DNA from: the human T2T-CHM13v2.0 reference genome, Homo sapiens
Length of the DNA stretch: 64,000 bases
Assembly (NCBI RefSeq): GCF_009914755.1
Contig: NC_060926.1
Strand: one strand, 5' to 3'
Part shown: positions 12,531 through 26,635 of the stretch, piece after piece
How the letters are laid out: every line of letters starts with the position of its first letter
How positions within the stretch are numbered: the first letter of the stretch is position 1
The notes under the pieces: model-generated
What the model saw: only the letters and a program-made list of their open reading frames with translations
Told to the model about the DNA's origin: nothing
The model's database searches: none
Program-made: the position numbers and the translations under genes

Positions 12531-13363
12531 ATGTAAGTTTATGGTTAGTGAATACACTTAGCACTAGGCTTTTTTGCTCACATTGATAACTTTAGGACCA
12601 GAAGGGTCAGCTTTGGATAATGCTATTTATCTTAGATAAATGCAAGAAATGTAGGAGAAAGAAGACATCCCTTGGTCCTATAGATGGAAAGAGGTTTTCT
12701 TTTATGGGAAGAGGAAATAAAAGACAATGATATATAGCTTTCAAGTTGCATTGCTGATTTAACCTTCTTATTGGTCGTGAGCATTAGGACAGAAAGGCTT
12801 CCACTTTAGGACATGTGGTCACATATATTTTATTTTTGTGAGAGCAAAATTTTTGGAAATATATCGTGTATTTCTAAAAGCAATCTCTAAGCTGCAGGCA
12901 GAATAAAATGGATCAAAGAAATAGCTACATCTTTATAGAAATAGTTTGGTGGGCTAAAGTTACCACAATAAGCAACAACAACAACAACAAAAAGTCCTTT
13001 TGCAAGCAGAAGAGTCACATGTCTTTTTCATTGATTTTTGTGGCTTCATCATGCACAACAAATCTATGTCAACATGAGTGGTAAATCTCAGAGGAGAAAA
13101 AAATGTACAAGTCAAGGCCATGAAAGCAAAAGATACACTTAGGAAATTGTCTATTGTGGCTATAATGAGAGGGCTTGTTGTTTTTCAGAGTAGGATTCAC
13201 AGCGCTCTGTATCTAAAGAAATGCTAAAGAAATTTTATTAATTTACAATAGTTATCTCTCTGTCAATATGAATGATTTTTTAAAGAAACAGAAAAAAATA
13301 AGACTATGTAGGGTAGCCCTACTAATTGGGTATTATTTCTATAAAGTCTTGCTAGTTTCTTAT

Positions 13364-13752
13364 TGTGTGAGTTTGCTGGGGCTGGCATAACAAAGTACCA
13401 CAAACTAAGTGGTTTAAACAACAGAAATTTATCAACTCACCATTTTGGAGACTGGATTATGAGATCAAGGTGTAGGTAGGTCCATGCTCCCTCTGAAGAT
13501 GCTAGGGAAGGATCTGTTCCAGGCCTCTCTCCTACTATCTATCCAGATGTGTTTGTTTCTGAGTCTAAATTTCCCTTTTTCATAAGAACACCAGCTGTAT
13601 TGTATTAGGGACCCATCCTACTGCAGCATGACCTCATCTTAACTAACTAATCTGCAATGACCCTATTTCCAAATAAGGTCACATTGTGAGGTGCTGGGGG
13701 GTTAGGATGTCAACAAATGAATTTTAGAAGGAATGCAATTGAAACCTTAACA
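13364..13752 (-). mobile_element. MLT1C-like MaLR solo LTR
   Basis: TG...CA ends; CATAACAAAGTACCACAAACTAAGTGGTTTAAACAACAGAAATTTAT; perfect 5-bp TSD CTTAT (13359-13363 and 13753-13757). Confidence 0.92.
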
Positions 13753-13839
13753 CTTATGAATACTCAATGTATTCATTACCTTTACATGATATAAATAGTG
13801 TGAAAATAATTCTTGTTTTGTTAGTTTTTGAGATATTTT

Positions 13840-14350
13840 ATTCTGCACTGAAAAATAAGAAAAATGAAAACACAGGCTTCACATTCAAAGAGCTTATAAT
13901 TTTGAAAGGGAGATACACTGTATACGTGAAGACAACTATGATATTACAACATAGTGAGGGTGTGGCCAAGTGAATATTGCTAAGAACAAGGAATACGGGA
14001 GTTTTCAAAGGCTCTTACAAGGATGATCAAGTTGTAAGAAGAAGAAATTTGTACAGTGAACAGAATTTTGTGTGAAAAAATGTGGACATGGTGAAATTTA
14101 CGCACACACTCACACATACAACACTTTCACACACACATACAAACACATGATCGGGATTCTTAAATGAAGAAAATTAGGCACAAACAAGGATGAACTCATT
14201 TGCAGAGATCCTTAAATGCTAGGCTAAAGAGTTTGGATTTTGCCACATAAGTAATAGGAAGACACAGAAGATTTTAAGTAGAAGAGTAACATTCTAAAAT
14301 GGCGTTTCAGAGAAATTAATTTAAGGCATCACTGTGAATGAGTGAAAGAA
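13840..14350 (-). mobile_element. L2 fragment(s)
   Basis: TTCAAAGAGCTTATAATTTTGAAAGGGAGATAC and CCTTAAATGCTAGGCTAAAGAGTTTGGATTTT match antisense L2. Confidence 0.65.
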
Positions 14351-14597
14351 GGAGACCATGGAACTGACTTATGTTAAACCTCTTTAGAGGATAAACCAAA
14401 GGATGAACACTTCCCTTTCTCATACGTGAAATCTCCATCCCTCTGCTGAAAGAATTTATTTTGCCAGTACTCTTCCTTTCTTGACATTTCATCAATTATG
14501 AAGCAATTGAAGCCTTGAAAAACTGCAGAAGTGGACTTATTGCTGTAACTGATTTTGGGATGTTGGATCACCATGAAAGAGAATGGCACTAATTTGA

Positions 14598-14966
<369 letters not shown>

Positions 14967-15094
14967 ATATTATTAAAATTTTACAGCTGTAATATTTTAA
15001 GTATTATCAGAAGGTAATTGTGAGCAGGTTCATACTGAAAAACTTAAGTTAAAAAAGTCATTATTATTCCTGGACTGACTACATATGCAAAAAA

Positions 15095-15530
15095 AAATAA
15101 AAATAAAAATGTTATGGAACAGAGGAAAAGAGTCCCCACTTTGAGATTCAGGAGAGACTAAAGCAGGAATATGCATTCAGTTTGGGGATCTCATTATGAG
15201 AAAAAGAGAGACATACTGCAGGAGGTTCAAAAGAAATCAACAGGAATAATTAAGGATCCAGAGGTATTTACTCCAGAGGAAATATTAAAAGAATAAATAA
15301 TGTACATGCAGTTGGTTAAGGGGAACATGAGAATTGTCTACAAATACCTAGTATGTGTAAACATTGAAAACTGAAAGTCAATATAAAGACTAGAGCAAGA
15401 AAGTAAAATTAAAAATAAGGCAATTCAATAAAAAAGAAAATTCTGGCATAATACAAAAGAGGGCAAGTAGAATTCTGCACAAATAGTTTGTCTAACATGT
15501 CCTAGAATATTTAAAAACAAACTAGTCAAA
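15095..15530 (+). mobile_element. L3/CR1 LINE relic (RT C-terminal region)
   Basis: GGAATATGCATTCAGTTTGGGG...ACATACTGCAGGAGGTTCAAAAGAAATCAACAGGAATAATTAAGG...GGGGAACATGAGAATTGTCTACAAATA parallels the CR1 EYCVQFW...KLERVQRRATRMI...GDMIAVFKY region. Confidence 0.65.
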
Positions 15531-16690
15531 TAATATCTGGGTTCTATAGTACCCAGGAATAAATAAGTTTTAACTCATAATGTTACCTGCTTTTCTCTTT
15601 TCTAAAAAACAGAGTTTTAATATTTAGTCACTAATATAATAACAATACAGGAATGTTATTTGGGGCTCATCTGGAAAATCAAAGTACAATTTAGCTATCT
15701 GAACTGTTTAAAGACAGAGTGCTCTGTCTGTAAGTTAGGAGATGTCAATCAATTTCCTCCTCTATCTAGAGTAATTTTTATTTACCTGAAAATGGTAGAA
15801 ATTAGTTGAATATTGGTATTGTTTATCTCTTTTCCATTAGCACTCTCCTTCTGCAAGAAACTTGAGGGAAAAGTACTTATATGAGGCTGTACAGCTGGAA
15901 TGGTCACCTTGCCTGGGACTGCTCGCCCAATCCTATCACAAGAAATTACAAATCTTTACCCCCTTCTTTTATGGAATGAACCCAGAGATTCTTATTCTAA
16001 TCCACCTGACTTGAGGGATTTTTACTGGAAACTCTCAAGCATAGAGAGAGAATCACCCAGGGGAGGTTGTCATCACCAGAACCATGATACTTTTGCCCAG
16101 TATCCCCATCACCTAGCAAAAAGCTAGTACAGGTCTCAGAAAATGTCTGCAAATTAAACGAAAGTTTTGTGACCCTGATCCTTTCTTCATCAGGAGGAGA
16201 AACTGAGTCTTACCCTTTTTAATATTCTACAAATGACAAAAGAATTTCCGATTCTTTCATGATGATTGTTATGGATGCATCTTCTTTTTTCCAGAAGCAT
16301 TAACTCCTATTTCCTCACTGAGCAATGCTTCATTCAAATGATCTCATCAAAGGCACTGTGCATATATCTTTTTTTTCTACAAAAGTTCAGATTAGACACT
16401 TATCCTCAAATCAGACCTCAACAAGTTGGGTTGAATGGGGTATCCTGGAACTGGGGATATATTGTGAGGTTTTATTTGCTGCATTTTTTTGGAATCTAAA
16501 ACTCAATTTGCAATGTGTAAATTGGAGCCTCTAGTGATCCGGACCTGTGTCATTACAGATGTTTCACTTTTCCTTAGGAAGTTCTAGTTTAGGAAGTTAA
16601 ATACAAATATCTTCAGAAAACCAGTGCAAATGGAAGTTACCACCAGATCTCAGCCCTTGGAAGCCTGCCTCCCACCCCATCATCATTTAG

Positions 16691-17019
<329 letters not shown>

Positions 17020-18319
17020 TCTTGGTCTACTTTTAATTTTATCATAATTCCCCTTATTACTGCAGGGGTCTAAAATGTTACAATTTGAAAACAGCAACTT
17101 TATCTATAATAAAAAGTGGCTTTAACTCTGTCCAACTTTTGTAAACTTTCTGAATAAAGACACCTTAAATTTCAGTCTATTGCACAAAACCAACTGACAA
17201 ATTTTCTACAATTTTATACTTCAGCCAGTAAAATATTATTGCATATTCCCCGACCTGCACTAATAAAAAATTCAATCTATTAAAAACTTTAATATGAAAA
17301 CACAGATTCTTTTAACTCAAACTTTTATTGCAATGTATGTTCCCTTCCATTTAAATTTTAAGAAAGTAATGGCAAGATCAGGTTGGTAGTAAATTGATCA
17401 CAAGTCTATATCCAGTGAGTTTGAAGACATATGGTGCCACTTGGAGCTAGACGGCCAATGTTCTCTTGGTCTAGCACTGTTCATGAAGTACAGTGTGAAA
17501 TGGGACACAAGTGACTTAGGTATAGTCATTTAGCATCTGTTCCAGTCATGTTAATTCAGCTTGGACATTATCTGAAGGCAGGAACATAACATGATGCAGA
17601 AACACTTACAAAAAGCTTGCCAATTTAATAGCTTGGCAAAAATGAATGTTTAACTTTTGGTGCAGGAAACTAGGTTTGTTTTAACAGTAAGATTTTCTGT
17701 TACCCTGAAGCCATGACAACATAACATGAAGCAAAGTTTCCCTTCACTCTAATAAAGGCAATGATTATCACTATTCAATCATGTATTCATTCACTCATTC
17801 TTTAAATCTCAGCTCTAGTATCGGTTCTTCCAAAAAGAGCAATTAACAATTTTAAAGGGATATACACTAGAAGCAGAAAGAATAGCAAGTACGAATCAGG
17901 GCCCAGAATAAAAAGTAGGAAAATTTAATAAATACGGTATTAGTTTCACACTAGAAAAGCACATAAAATAGTATCTAGAATAAAAAGAAATTATGCGATA
18001 TGTGGCATCTTGACTAAGGACTATTTTAATCAACTTTTTTTTGAAGTAGTGGAAGGATAATTTTCTTACACATAGTTTTTCCCGGTAAAGGGGAAATAAA
18101 CCATATTTCTCAACATTACGGTGTTCTGAGGCTACAATAAAAATTTCAGTTATTTTAAATTTAACATATGTAGCCAAAAGAACATCATTCAATATGCTGC
18201 TCATTCATTAATATCAAGGTCCTGTTGAAATGCAATAGTTCATAACATAGTTTTAGAGAACAATTGCTAAATGTGTGAAGTGGAGACCTTACATCATATA
18301 TATACACAACTTAGCAACA

Positions 18320-18500
18320 GGAAGGCAGCACGATAGAGAGGGAAAGAAGGCACTAAACTGGGAGTCAGGAAATGTGGCTTCTACTGACGGACATTAGTTA
18401 ATTGCCGATGAGTCAATCACTATGAGCTTGTTTCTTTATCTATAAAATAGTGAATTGGACCAGATGCTCTCTAAGATTCCTTCCATCTCTGACATCTATT
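18320..18500 (+). mobile_element. MIR3 SINE
   Basis: tRNA-like head GCACTAAACTGGGAGTCAGGAAA; MIR3/L3 tail TTGGACCAGATGCTCTCTAAGATTCCTTCCATCTCTGACATCTAT. Confidence 0.75.
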
Positions 18501-20249
18501 TTAAATTTGTGATCTTTGATGGTTAACAAAAATATTATAAAAATAGGCTTTCATTTCTAAATAAAGTTGATATTATTTAATAAACTTTAGTTTGCCCTAA
18601 GCTATAAAGACTGTTAATGAATCTCTATGAAAATTAATACCATCAATTTCCAAAATAGTTTACTCAGAAACAGCCTGAGGATAGGAAATAGAATGTTTCT
18701 CTGAATCATGCCTTTAAATATTTTTGTAAATTACACTTACAACTTTATTCTCATTTATTTCTTTAAAAAAATTACAGGCATACTGTATGCTAGGAAATAT
18801 GCTGGTTATTGGAAAACAAGACAGTTACAAAAATGTTTTGCTGTTTTTAGTGTTTGCAAGTCTCATAATAAAAATTTTCTGGATATTTATTCTCATAATG
18901 ATATCCCCAAAGTCCATTTTTACCCTAACTGAAAATATGAAACTTAGTAAAAATGTCAAATTGCAACACGGAGATAGGATTTAAAAAAAAACAAACCCAG
19001 ACATATTGGCCCGTGTGACATTATCTAACCTCCACAAAAGTTTTATTTTAACAACATTTGAAAATGATTTTTTCTGTGGTTTTTGTTGAGGGGATGGGAG
19101 TGAAATTTGTTATACTTATTTACTAAAAGGCTTCAATAAACGGAAAATAAGAAAATTAAAACAAACTATATGGACCCAAATTATTACTCTGAAGCTATTG
19201 CTATACAATGTTCTTAAACCTTAAAAAAAATTGAAATGTAGTTAAGCATTCTCATGTAAGAAAACAAGCAATATGTTGAGTTTCTCATTTGATTTTTTTC
19301 AATACATTCCGAGAAGTGAGGTATAAGCATAACCAAAATTAGCATAATTGCTTAAATATTTATACTTATTTTACATATTAAATATTAAGTTGTTAGCAGT
19401 GCTGTACCAGGGAGGAAGAAGTTGACTGGCTTAATATCTGCCTAAATGGAAGAACAAGGTAAGATAATTACAAAGATACAGATTTTTGGTTTAATCCAGA
19501 AATCAAAGATATTCATACATGGAACTGGCTGTCTTCATGAGGACTTCATTATTCAGGAAGTAGCTGGGGTACAGCATGTTGGGGATGCTGTCCAGTGGAT
19601 TCAAGCATCTGTCAATATAGGTTTAATGTCTCTTTCAAGCCTCACTTACTACAATTCCTTAAAATCTTATGTAAGTCAAAGAAAAACAAAACAAACCTAA
19701 ATACTTGAGCAAAATTCGAACTAAAAATTGAAATAAGAATTATTTAATGTAATCTCCCAATTCCTTCTACCAATTCTGAACTAGCTTAATCCATCCAAAC
19801 CTTTCAGAAAGTAAAAGAACAAGGAAACTAGTTGATTTTTTTTTCCTGTAAACAAGTCCCTGTAATTTTCCCACTCTAATATATTGGAAACAAACTTTTA
19901 AAAATGATTCCTATTTCAATACACTCCAGCTGTGCTATTTTTCTTATACATATAGACTTTTCCTGGCCCTAAACATGAAATGCGACATTATTTTATACAT
20001 AAAAGTTAATATTTCTATTAAATTACATTTCAAAAGAACTTCAAGGATTCAGCTTTGGGAGAAACTCACATATTCTTTTTCTTTCTCATAAGGAATATAG
20101 TGTATAAAAAACACAAAGAAATGTATATGTTGCTTTAGTTACAGAATACTCTCTGTCAAAAGGTCTCCCCCCACCCCACCTGACTGTTGTTTCCAGCATT
20201 CTCTGTCTCTCCATTATTCTTTGCTTGCTAAAGTAGCTTATTCTATAAT

Positions 20250-20870
20250 AAAGGCAACTGAGTGTCGGCTTGAGACTGCCATGAAAACTCACATCCATAT
20301 AAAGCGTTTTTCCACTTTTGTTAAGCTTCTTATCACACACACACAAAAGAAAGAACTCTCTCTCCTTCTCTCTCTACGCCTCTCTTTCCCTCTGCCCTTT
20401 TTAAGCGATCGTTCTAATTTTATGGAGACTCTTTTGCTAGGGTACCAAACTACAGTTCGCTCACTATAGGAAAGTGAACCCCAAAGAGCCAGCTTGCAAC
20501 TATGACAAACCATTTCCACTTCTTATGTTAACATTTCATCTCAGAGGACTCTTTTCTCTCTCTGACAGTTGCAAGGCACCTCTTTGTCTCTATTGAGCTT
20601 ACTGTGTGAAGGTGCGTCATTGACTATAGTGAAGTGAACTCGAAATTGCCAACTTGAAGCGGGCACACGGTTTTTTAAATTTTGTTGAAGTTGACGCCCC
20701 CATGGGATTTGTGCTGTCCTAAGCAGCAGTTTAGTCTTTTATGACATTTCTCTTCGGAGACAGCCTCAGGGAGAGACAATGTGCCAACTTCTGCATTTGG
20801 GGAGGTGGGAGCATTGGTGATTTGACGGAACTCATTTGATCACACCCGCACCCCACTCCCGTGTCCATCA
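20250..20870. promoter_or_regulatory. candidate enhancer/promoter (CpG-retaining, TE-free)
   Basis: ~15 CpGs in ~620 bp by hand count; three TGACG half-sites; motif evidence only. Confidence 0.35.
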
Positions 20871-21166
20871 CAGGTGTCCTTTCTCATTGTTCTCTCTTCT
20901 CTCTTCTGAACTCACTGGGTTCTTTAAAGCAGGAAAAGTTCAAAAATGCTAACTGAGGCAGCCCTCTCAACAGGAGGATTGCCCAGTAAGAGAAAATACA
21001 AGGCATTAAGGCAGTCTGCTTACCAAGGCTATAAGCAAAATTCTCTTCTTCTCCAAGTCCATTTTTATGACCTTTGTTAGGACAAATTTCAGTAGTAAAG
21101 TTAAGCAGAGAAGAAGCTGCTCTTTCATTCTAAGGGGATACTAAACATGCTGAATATCATTTAGAC

Positions 21167-21330
21167 CAATGATTCTCAAAATTTGGTCAGAAGACTAGCC
21201 ACATCAGTATCACCTAGAAACTTGTCAGAAATACAAATTGCTGGACCCCACCTGGACCTATAGAATCAGAAACTCTAACCTGCTTTAACAAACGCTCCAG
21301 GTGATCTCGATGCACAGTAAAGTTTGAACT
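21167..21330 (+). mobile_element. MER5A (hAT-Charlie)
   Basis: CAATGATTCTCAAA...CATCAGTATCACCTAGAAACTTGTCAGAAATACAAATT...GAATCAGAAACTCT...CCAGGTGATCTCGATGCACAGTAAAGTTTGA. Confidence 0.85.
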
Positions 21331-21624
21331 GTCTAACTAAACTAACAGCTCAAGTACTATTGCATTTGATGAAAGTTTGTTATTGGAGTGGAATCAAGTG
21401 AGTGCATAATAATAAGAGTAAATAGGGAATAAATATAATAGTTCATGATACAATAAACTATATTTTAGTACTGAATTCATCAAAGCAGAACCATTTCAAA
21501 AATTGAAATTTTGCTTGAAAAATATCCTGAAGCATATGAATACAAATAATACCCAAATCAAGGTCAGTTGCTCTACAGCGGTATCTGTTCAATTAAATGC
21601 CAGATCAGTTATTAACACAAAGAG

Positions 21625-21845
21625 TACACCTTGAGCACTTGCTGCATGTACTGTCCTGTACCAGGATCCAGGAAAAGTGACAAAGATCCCAACCTCAAAT
21701 CTATGAGGAAGCTAGGACATTTACATGCAATTATACTACACAAAGAAGAACGTCACTCCATAAGGCACAGATAAAATGCTCTGGAATTTCAGAAGAGATG
21801 AAAAATTGTACCTTATGAATCAAGAAAAGCATTATGGAAAATGCA
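21625..21845 (-). mobile_element. L2 fragment
   Basis: TTGAGCACTTGCT...AAATGCTCTGGAATTTCAGAAGAGATG resembles the antisense L2 3' region. Confidence 0.45.
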
Positions 21846-21849
21846 CCAA

Positions 21850-22940
21850 TTCAATTTACACAAAAAAGAAGCACAAGGGACAATAAGTGAAAAATATATG
21901 AACCTCACTAAACATAAGTAAAACGTAAGTAAAAACTATAAGTTATGGATTTTTACCTCTTAAAGTGGCAGTGTTTTTTAAAAATATTTGGTGAGGATGC
22001 AGTGAATCAGAAACTTTAACCACTGACTGGGAGGGCAAATTAGTATATTTCTGGGAGGAAACTTATGCATTGAAAGCCTTAAAAGTGTTTAAACTTTTTG
22101 ACATATTAATGTCATTTTAAGAATTCAACCAAAGAAAATGTGTACAATGCTTTATATGCAAGAATAATAACTGAGGAAAAAGTGATTTTTAAAATGTTAA
22201 AAAATAGTGGATTGAATGAATGTATATGGCACCACCATACAAAGAAACTCTGTGTTGCCCATTAATATCATGTTGTAAAGCAATATGTATTGACATGAAA
22301 AAATGCTCATGGTGTATTGTTGGGTGAAAAAATGGAAGCCACAAAACTCTATCTACATTCCTGATGTTATTTTTTAATCTGCATTTCTATATATCTAGTA
22401 AAAAGAACTGAAGACTGCATAGCATTCCATGGTGTGTATGTGCCACATTTTCTTAATCCAGTCTATCATTGTTGGACATTTGGGTTGTCACATATACACC
22501 ATGGAATACTATGCAGCCATAAAAAATGATAAGTTCATGTCCTTTGTAGGGACATGGATGAAGCTGGAAACTATCATTCTCGGCAAACTAAAAACCAAAC
22601 ACTGTATGTTCTCACTCATAGGTGGGAATTGAACAATGAGAACACATGGACACAGGAAGGGGAACATCACACACCAGGGCTTGTTGTGGGGTGGGGGCAG
22701 GGGGGAGGGATAGCATTAGGAGATATACCTAATGTTAAATCACAAGTAAATGGGTGCAGCACACCAACACGGCACATGTATACATATGTAACTAACCTGC
22801 ACGTTGTGCACATGTACCCTAAAACTTAAAGTACCAAAAAAAAAAAAACTGAAGAGAAATAAGTCAATATTTTATCTATAGGTAGTGTTTGCTATTAGGC
22901 TATGGGTTTTTTCTTATATTTCTATAGTTTTAATATAATA
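21850..22940 (+). mobile_element. L1ME-type 3' end, interrupted by L1PA
   Basis: TTTGGTGAGGATGCAGTGAA...TATTGACATGAAAAAATGCTCATGGTGTATTGTTGGGTGAAAAAA. Confidence 0.7.
22415..22846 (+). mobile_element. L1PA3-5 3' fragment with 5' inversion (22415-22487 antisense)
   Basis: Canonical L1PA 3'UTR ending CCCTAAAACTTAAAGTA plus polyA; TSD AACTGAAGA at 22406-22414 and 22847-22855. Confidence 0.95.
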
Positions 22941-22949
22941 AACTCAGAG

Positions 22950-24040
22950 TAAAATCTGTCCCCACCATGGCCCTGGTTTTTGTCTTCTTCTGTGCCCTTA
23001 CTTTATATTTCTCTTCCCCACACTCTCCGATCTAGAACTACCCTGGCCTTTTTTTTCTCCTCAAATATACCAAGTGCAGCTTGGTCCTGGAGCCTTTGCA
23101 CCTGTGGTCCCCTCTGCCTGGAGTGCTCTCCTTCAGGTCATTTTGTTACCAGGGGGTCCTAATTACCCTAAAAGGTGGGCTCTTTCTTGTTCAGTGTCGT
23201 GAAGCCAGTACATTAAACCGAAAGTGAGCATAGAGCAGTACAGGTTTTATTCGATGGTCATGACATGGAGAAGTGGGAGTGTGGCTCACACATCAACATG
23301 TCAGCTCCTGAGAATCAGGAAGTTACAGACACAAGGTATCTTTAATGAAAGGTTTGAGCGTTAAAACCAAGGAGAGGAATATTCATGCTTTTCTTGGGAA
23401 AGGATGGAGATTTTCCTGGAATCAAGTAGCCACTTCTTTCCTGTCCTTTTTTGGTTCTTTTTGGTCACTGTCATGATGATTGTCAACTGTCATGGCATTG
23501 GTGGGAGTGTCATTTAGTATGGAAGTTGGAGTATAATGAAGCTAGAGGTTCTTCAAAGATCGAGTAAGCTGCCATCATGGATTTTGCCAGCTTCAACTGG
23601 TTTAGTCCCAAGAAGGAACTTCTGACCACAGACATTCTGTTTCCTAAAAATGAGCAGAGATAAGGCCGAGTAGAAATTCAGCTATGTCAGGGAGGCATTG
23701 CATTTGGCAATGAAAGTTAGGTAGGGGTACAGCTAAGTCACGTTGGCACTGCCATGGGTAACAGTTGCATGACTGGCTCCTTCAACATTCTGCTTAACCT
23801 CTCACATCAACAGAGAAGCCTTCTTGAGCAAACAAACTGAAGTCCCCATACATTTTTCCTCTCCTTGTCTTTATCTCATTCATCACTGTCCAAAATTATT
23901 TTGTGCATGTGCTTATTAGTTGTCATTTCTCCTCCTTTCTCTAAAATGCATGGTCCCTGGGAAGTTGCCTGTCTTGCTTATCTTGAATATTAGAGTATCT
24001 AATAACCAACAACAGTGCCAGATATATAACAGAACCTCAT
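22950..24040 (+). mobile_element. L2a fragment split by an LTR insertion
   Basis: GAGCCTTTGCACCTGTGGTCCCCTCTGCCTGGAGTGCTCTCC before 23144; continues CATGACTGGCTCCTTC...CAGAGAAGCCTTC after 23763. Confidence 0.75.
23144..23763 (-). mobile_element. ERV1 solo LTR (MER4-group, LTR8/MER50-related; subfamily uncertain)
   Basis: TGTTACC...GGTAACA termini; GAATATTCATGCTTTTCTTGGGAAAGG and AACTGTCATGGCATTGGTGGGAGTGTC; AATAAA on minus near 23246. Confidence 0.75.
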
Positions 24041-24564
24041 TGTACTATAATTTATATAAACATGGAAAATATAAGTTATTGGGTATATCCTGGGGATCAA
24101 GAACCTTTTATTTCTAAAATCTTCCTTTATCTCCGGTCTCTGCTTTAATTTTCTGCATTCTAATTTCTTGTCTAGTCTCTTCTGCATTGTCAATATCTAA
24201 ATGTCCACAGAAATAAAAATAAGCAACTAAATGATAATATGTACATGTTGATACATAGTATTGTAAAGTTAAGATTGTAAAAAAGAAAACCATCAACACA
24301 ATGTGCACTAAACAAGAAAGAGTTCCTGGAAGAGATGTTCCTCGAGTTTGTTTAGGGAGTGATGGGATACATCTTTATGGAAGAGTGGTACAAGGACATT
24401 CTACATGCAGAGACATCATCAGCTAGAATTAAGCAAGCCATATAGGATTCACGCCAGCAAGATTTTGCATAGGTGTTCCTATAAGAAGGACGTTTTACAT
24501 GCATTTTTGTTTAATATATTGCCTAATATATATACAAGAAAAACTATAAACTCTAAAATTTCCA

Positions 24565-25297
24565 TGTTGTATAATAAAAAATTTTACTTGTCTTTTTTCT
24601 CCAAGTATTGGGAGAGAGCCTCTAAATCTTTAGAATTTTCCAAATGATAAGAGTGTCTTTGTTATTTTTGGTGGGCCTCTCAGATCACACCTAAGTGTAT
24701 GCTAACAAGGTGACTCATGGTGGACCCCTAATAACCTCAGCATAGGGGCTGGCTATACCAAAAAGATCAGCCATTAGAGAGTTGGGATTTTGAGCCGTTT
24801 ATATCTCCAGGGAGGGGAGAAAAAAGGCTGAAGATAGGGTTCAACCACGTGGGCAATGATTCAACCAATGGTGCCTACACAAAATTCCAAAGAAAACTTT
24901 AGACACTGAAGCTCAGGTGAGCAGCCAGTTTGGTAATACAGATTGATTTAGTCGGACAATAATATGTCCTGAGGATACAGAAGTTTCACATTTGGGACCC
25001 TCCCAGACATTACCCTTTGCATCTTTTCCTTTGATTGGTCCTCATCTGTATCTTTTATAATAAAAGTATGATTATAAGTATAGTACTTGCTAAGTTCTGT
25101 GAGTCATTCTAGTGAATTATTGAACCTGAATGAGTAGTGGGAAATCTTGAATGTGTAGGCAGTTGGTCAGAAGCACAGGTAGCCTGGGAATGCCAGAGCT
25201 TGTGGCTAGTATTTGAAGTGAGGAGGCTTATGAAGCACTGTGCCCTTAACCAGTGAAGTGTGTGCTAACTACAAGTAGTTAGTGAGAAAACTGCAAT
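24565..25297 (+). mobile_element. MER21 LTR
   Basis: GATAAGAGTGTCTTTGTTAT...GGGGCTGG...AGTTCTGTGAGTCATTCTAGTGAATTATTGAACCTGA...GTTGGTCAGAAGCACAGG. Confidence 0.85.
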
Positions 25298-26635
25298 GTA
25301 TTCAATATAGAAAAATTTGATTCTCCATGAGCTTACACCAATTTTTCTTAACATATATGTCTATCAGAATTTTTAAAATAATACTCCCATTTCCCAGATA
25401 TTAACCAAGTCAAAATTTATACCATATGGAATATAAATCACTAACAAGATAATATTATATCCATAAACAGAGGTTTCATCACAAGCTGACTTACCTTAGT
25501 ATTTCATCATTCAGAGGCAGATAAAATGAGTATCATGCACCCCTGGGCTCTTCCAAATGAAATTCAGCAATAAAAATTCTGACTCTACAGAGGCTCTCAA
25601 TGTCCTGGGGTCTTATTTTGTAACATCAGAAATTCTCCCTGGAAAGTAATTTCTTCCCAGTAGTTGTGGAAGTTGGGGAATGATATCACCTACAGGATTC
25701 CTATTTGTACCAAACTATAGTCAATATTAAAGATAATTTAGAACTATATGCATTATAGTGTTGCTTTTTGTATTTGAAAGCAAAAATTTAAGACTTACCT
25801 GTGTATCCCCTGTATTCTAATAATAGCTGTAAGATTAAATAGTTCAAAGTAGTGAAAAGAAAAGGAAAAAATTTTTAAAAGGCATCCATTGATTATGAAA
25901 CTGTTTTTTATTCTTGATGTTGCTTATTTCAAGGAAGTAACTACAAATATTTCCTTAACATGGTAAAATTCAGAAATTGGCCTGAATCCTCTGAAGATGG
26001 GAAGTTTTCATATTCATATCAAAGAGTTTTTGCTTTTCTTGAAAATGCCACAATTGCACATTTAAAAAACTCAATTTATTTTTACTTTTGCTTTGTAAAA
26101 TGCTGGAATTGAGAAATATCTAGCTCAGAACATAATTATGGAGTTAAAATATAACATAATAGACATTGTAGATTTGCATTCTAAGATCAAGGCTGTAGTT
26201 TTTGATCCTTAGAAGAACCCCTAAGGGAAGTGGATCAAGTAATAGAATCGCCAGTTTCCATTTAATGATGTGGAGTGTTTATTTTGAAAAGAGTAAAAAT
26301 AGGAAATGAGCGAATCTTCAAAACATCCTAAATCTTCTATAAACTACTACAGCATTTAACTACAGGGATGCAAAAGAAACTTAGCGACTGAGATTGAGCT
26401 GGGATTCTCTGAAATAAATAACACCATTCTCCTTAACAGCCAAGGTGCAAGGTTGACTCTGTATTATAAAAAGGGTGCAGAACCAGGACCTGTTCCCTAG
26501 CAGTTCCATTGGCCAAAGAAGAATCATTGCTTCTCTCACTTAACAAATTCTGTGAGCCTTCAGAACTGCAAACCATGCCCACCGACCCCATGATCTCAAT
26601 TATTATGACACAGACCTTGTCCTGTCTCTACAGTT

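Noticed and set aside
19401-19465. Possible small plus-strand exon ending AAG/GTAAGA
   Set aside because: Weak polypyrimidine tract, no partner exons, no homology
22687-22710. G-quadruplex-forming G-tract
   Set aside because: Standard L1PA 3'UTR polypurine tract
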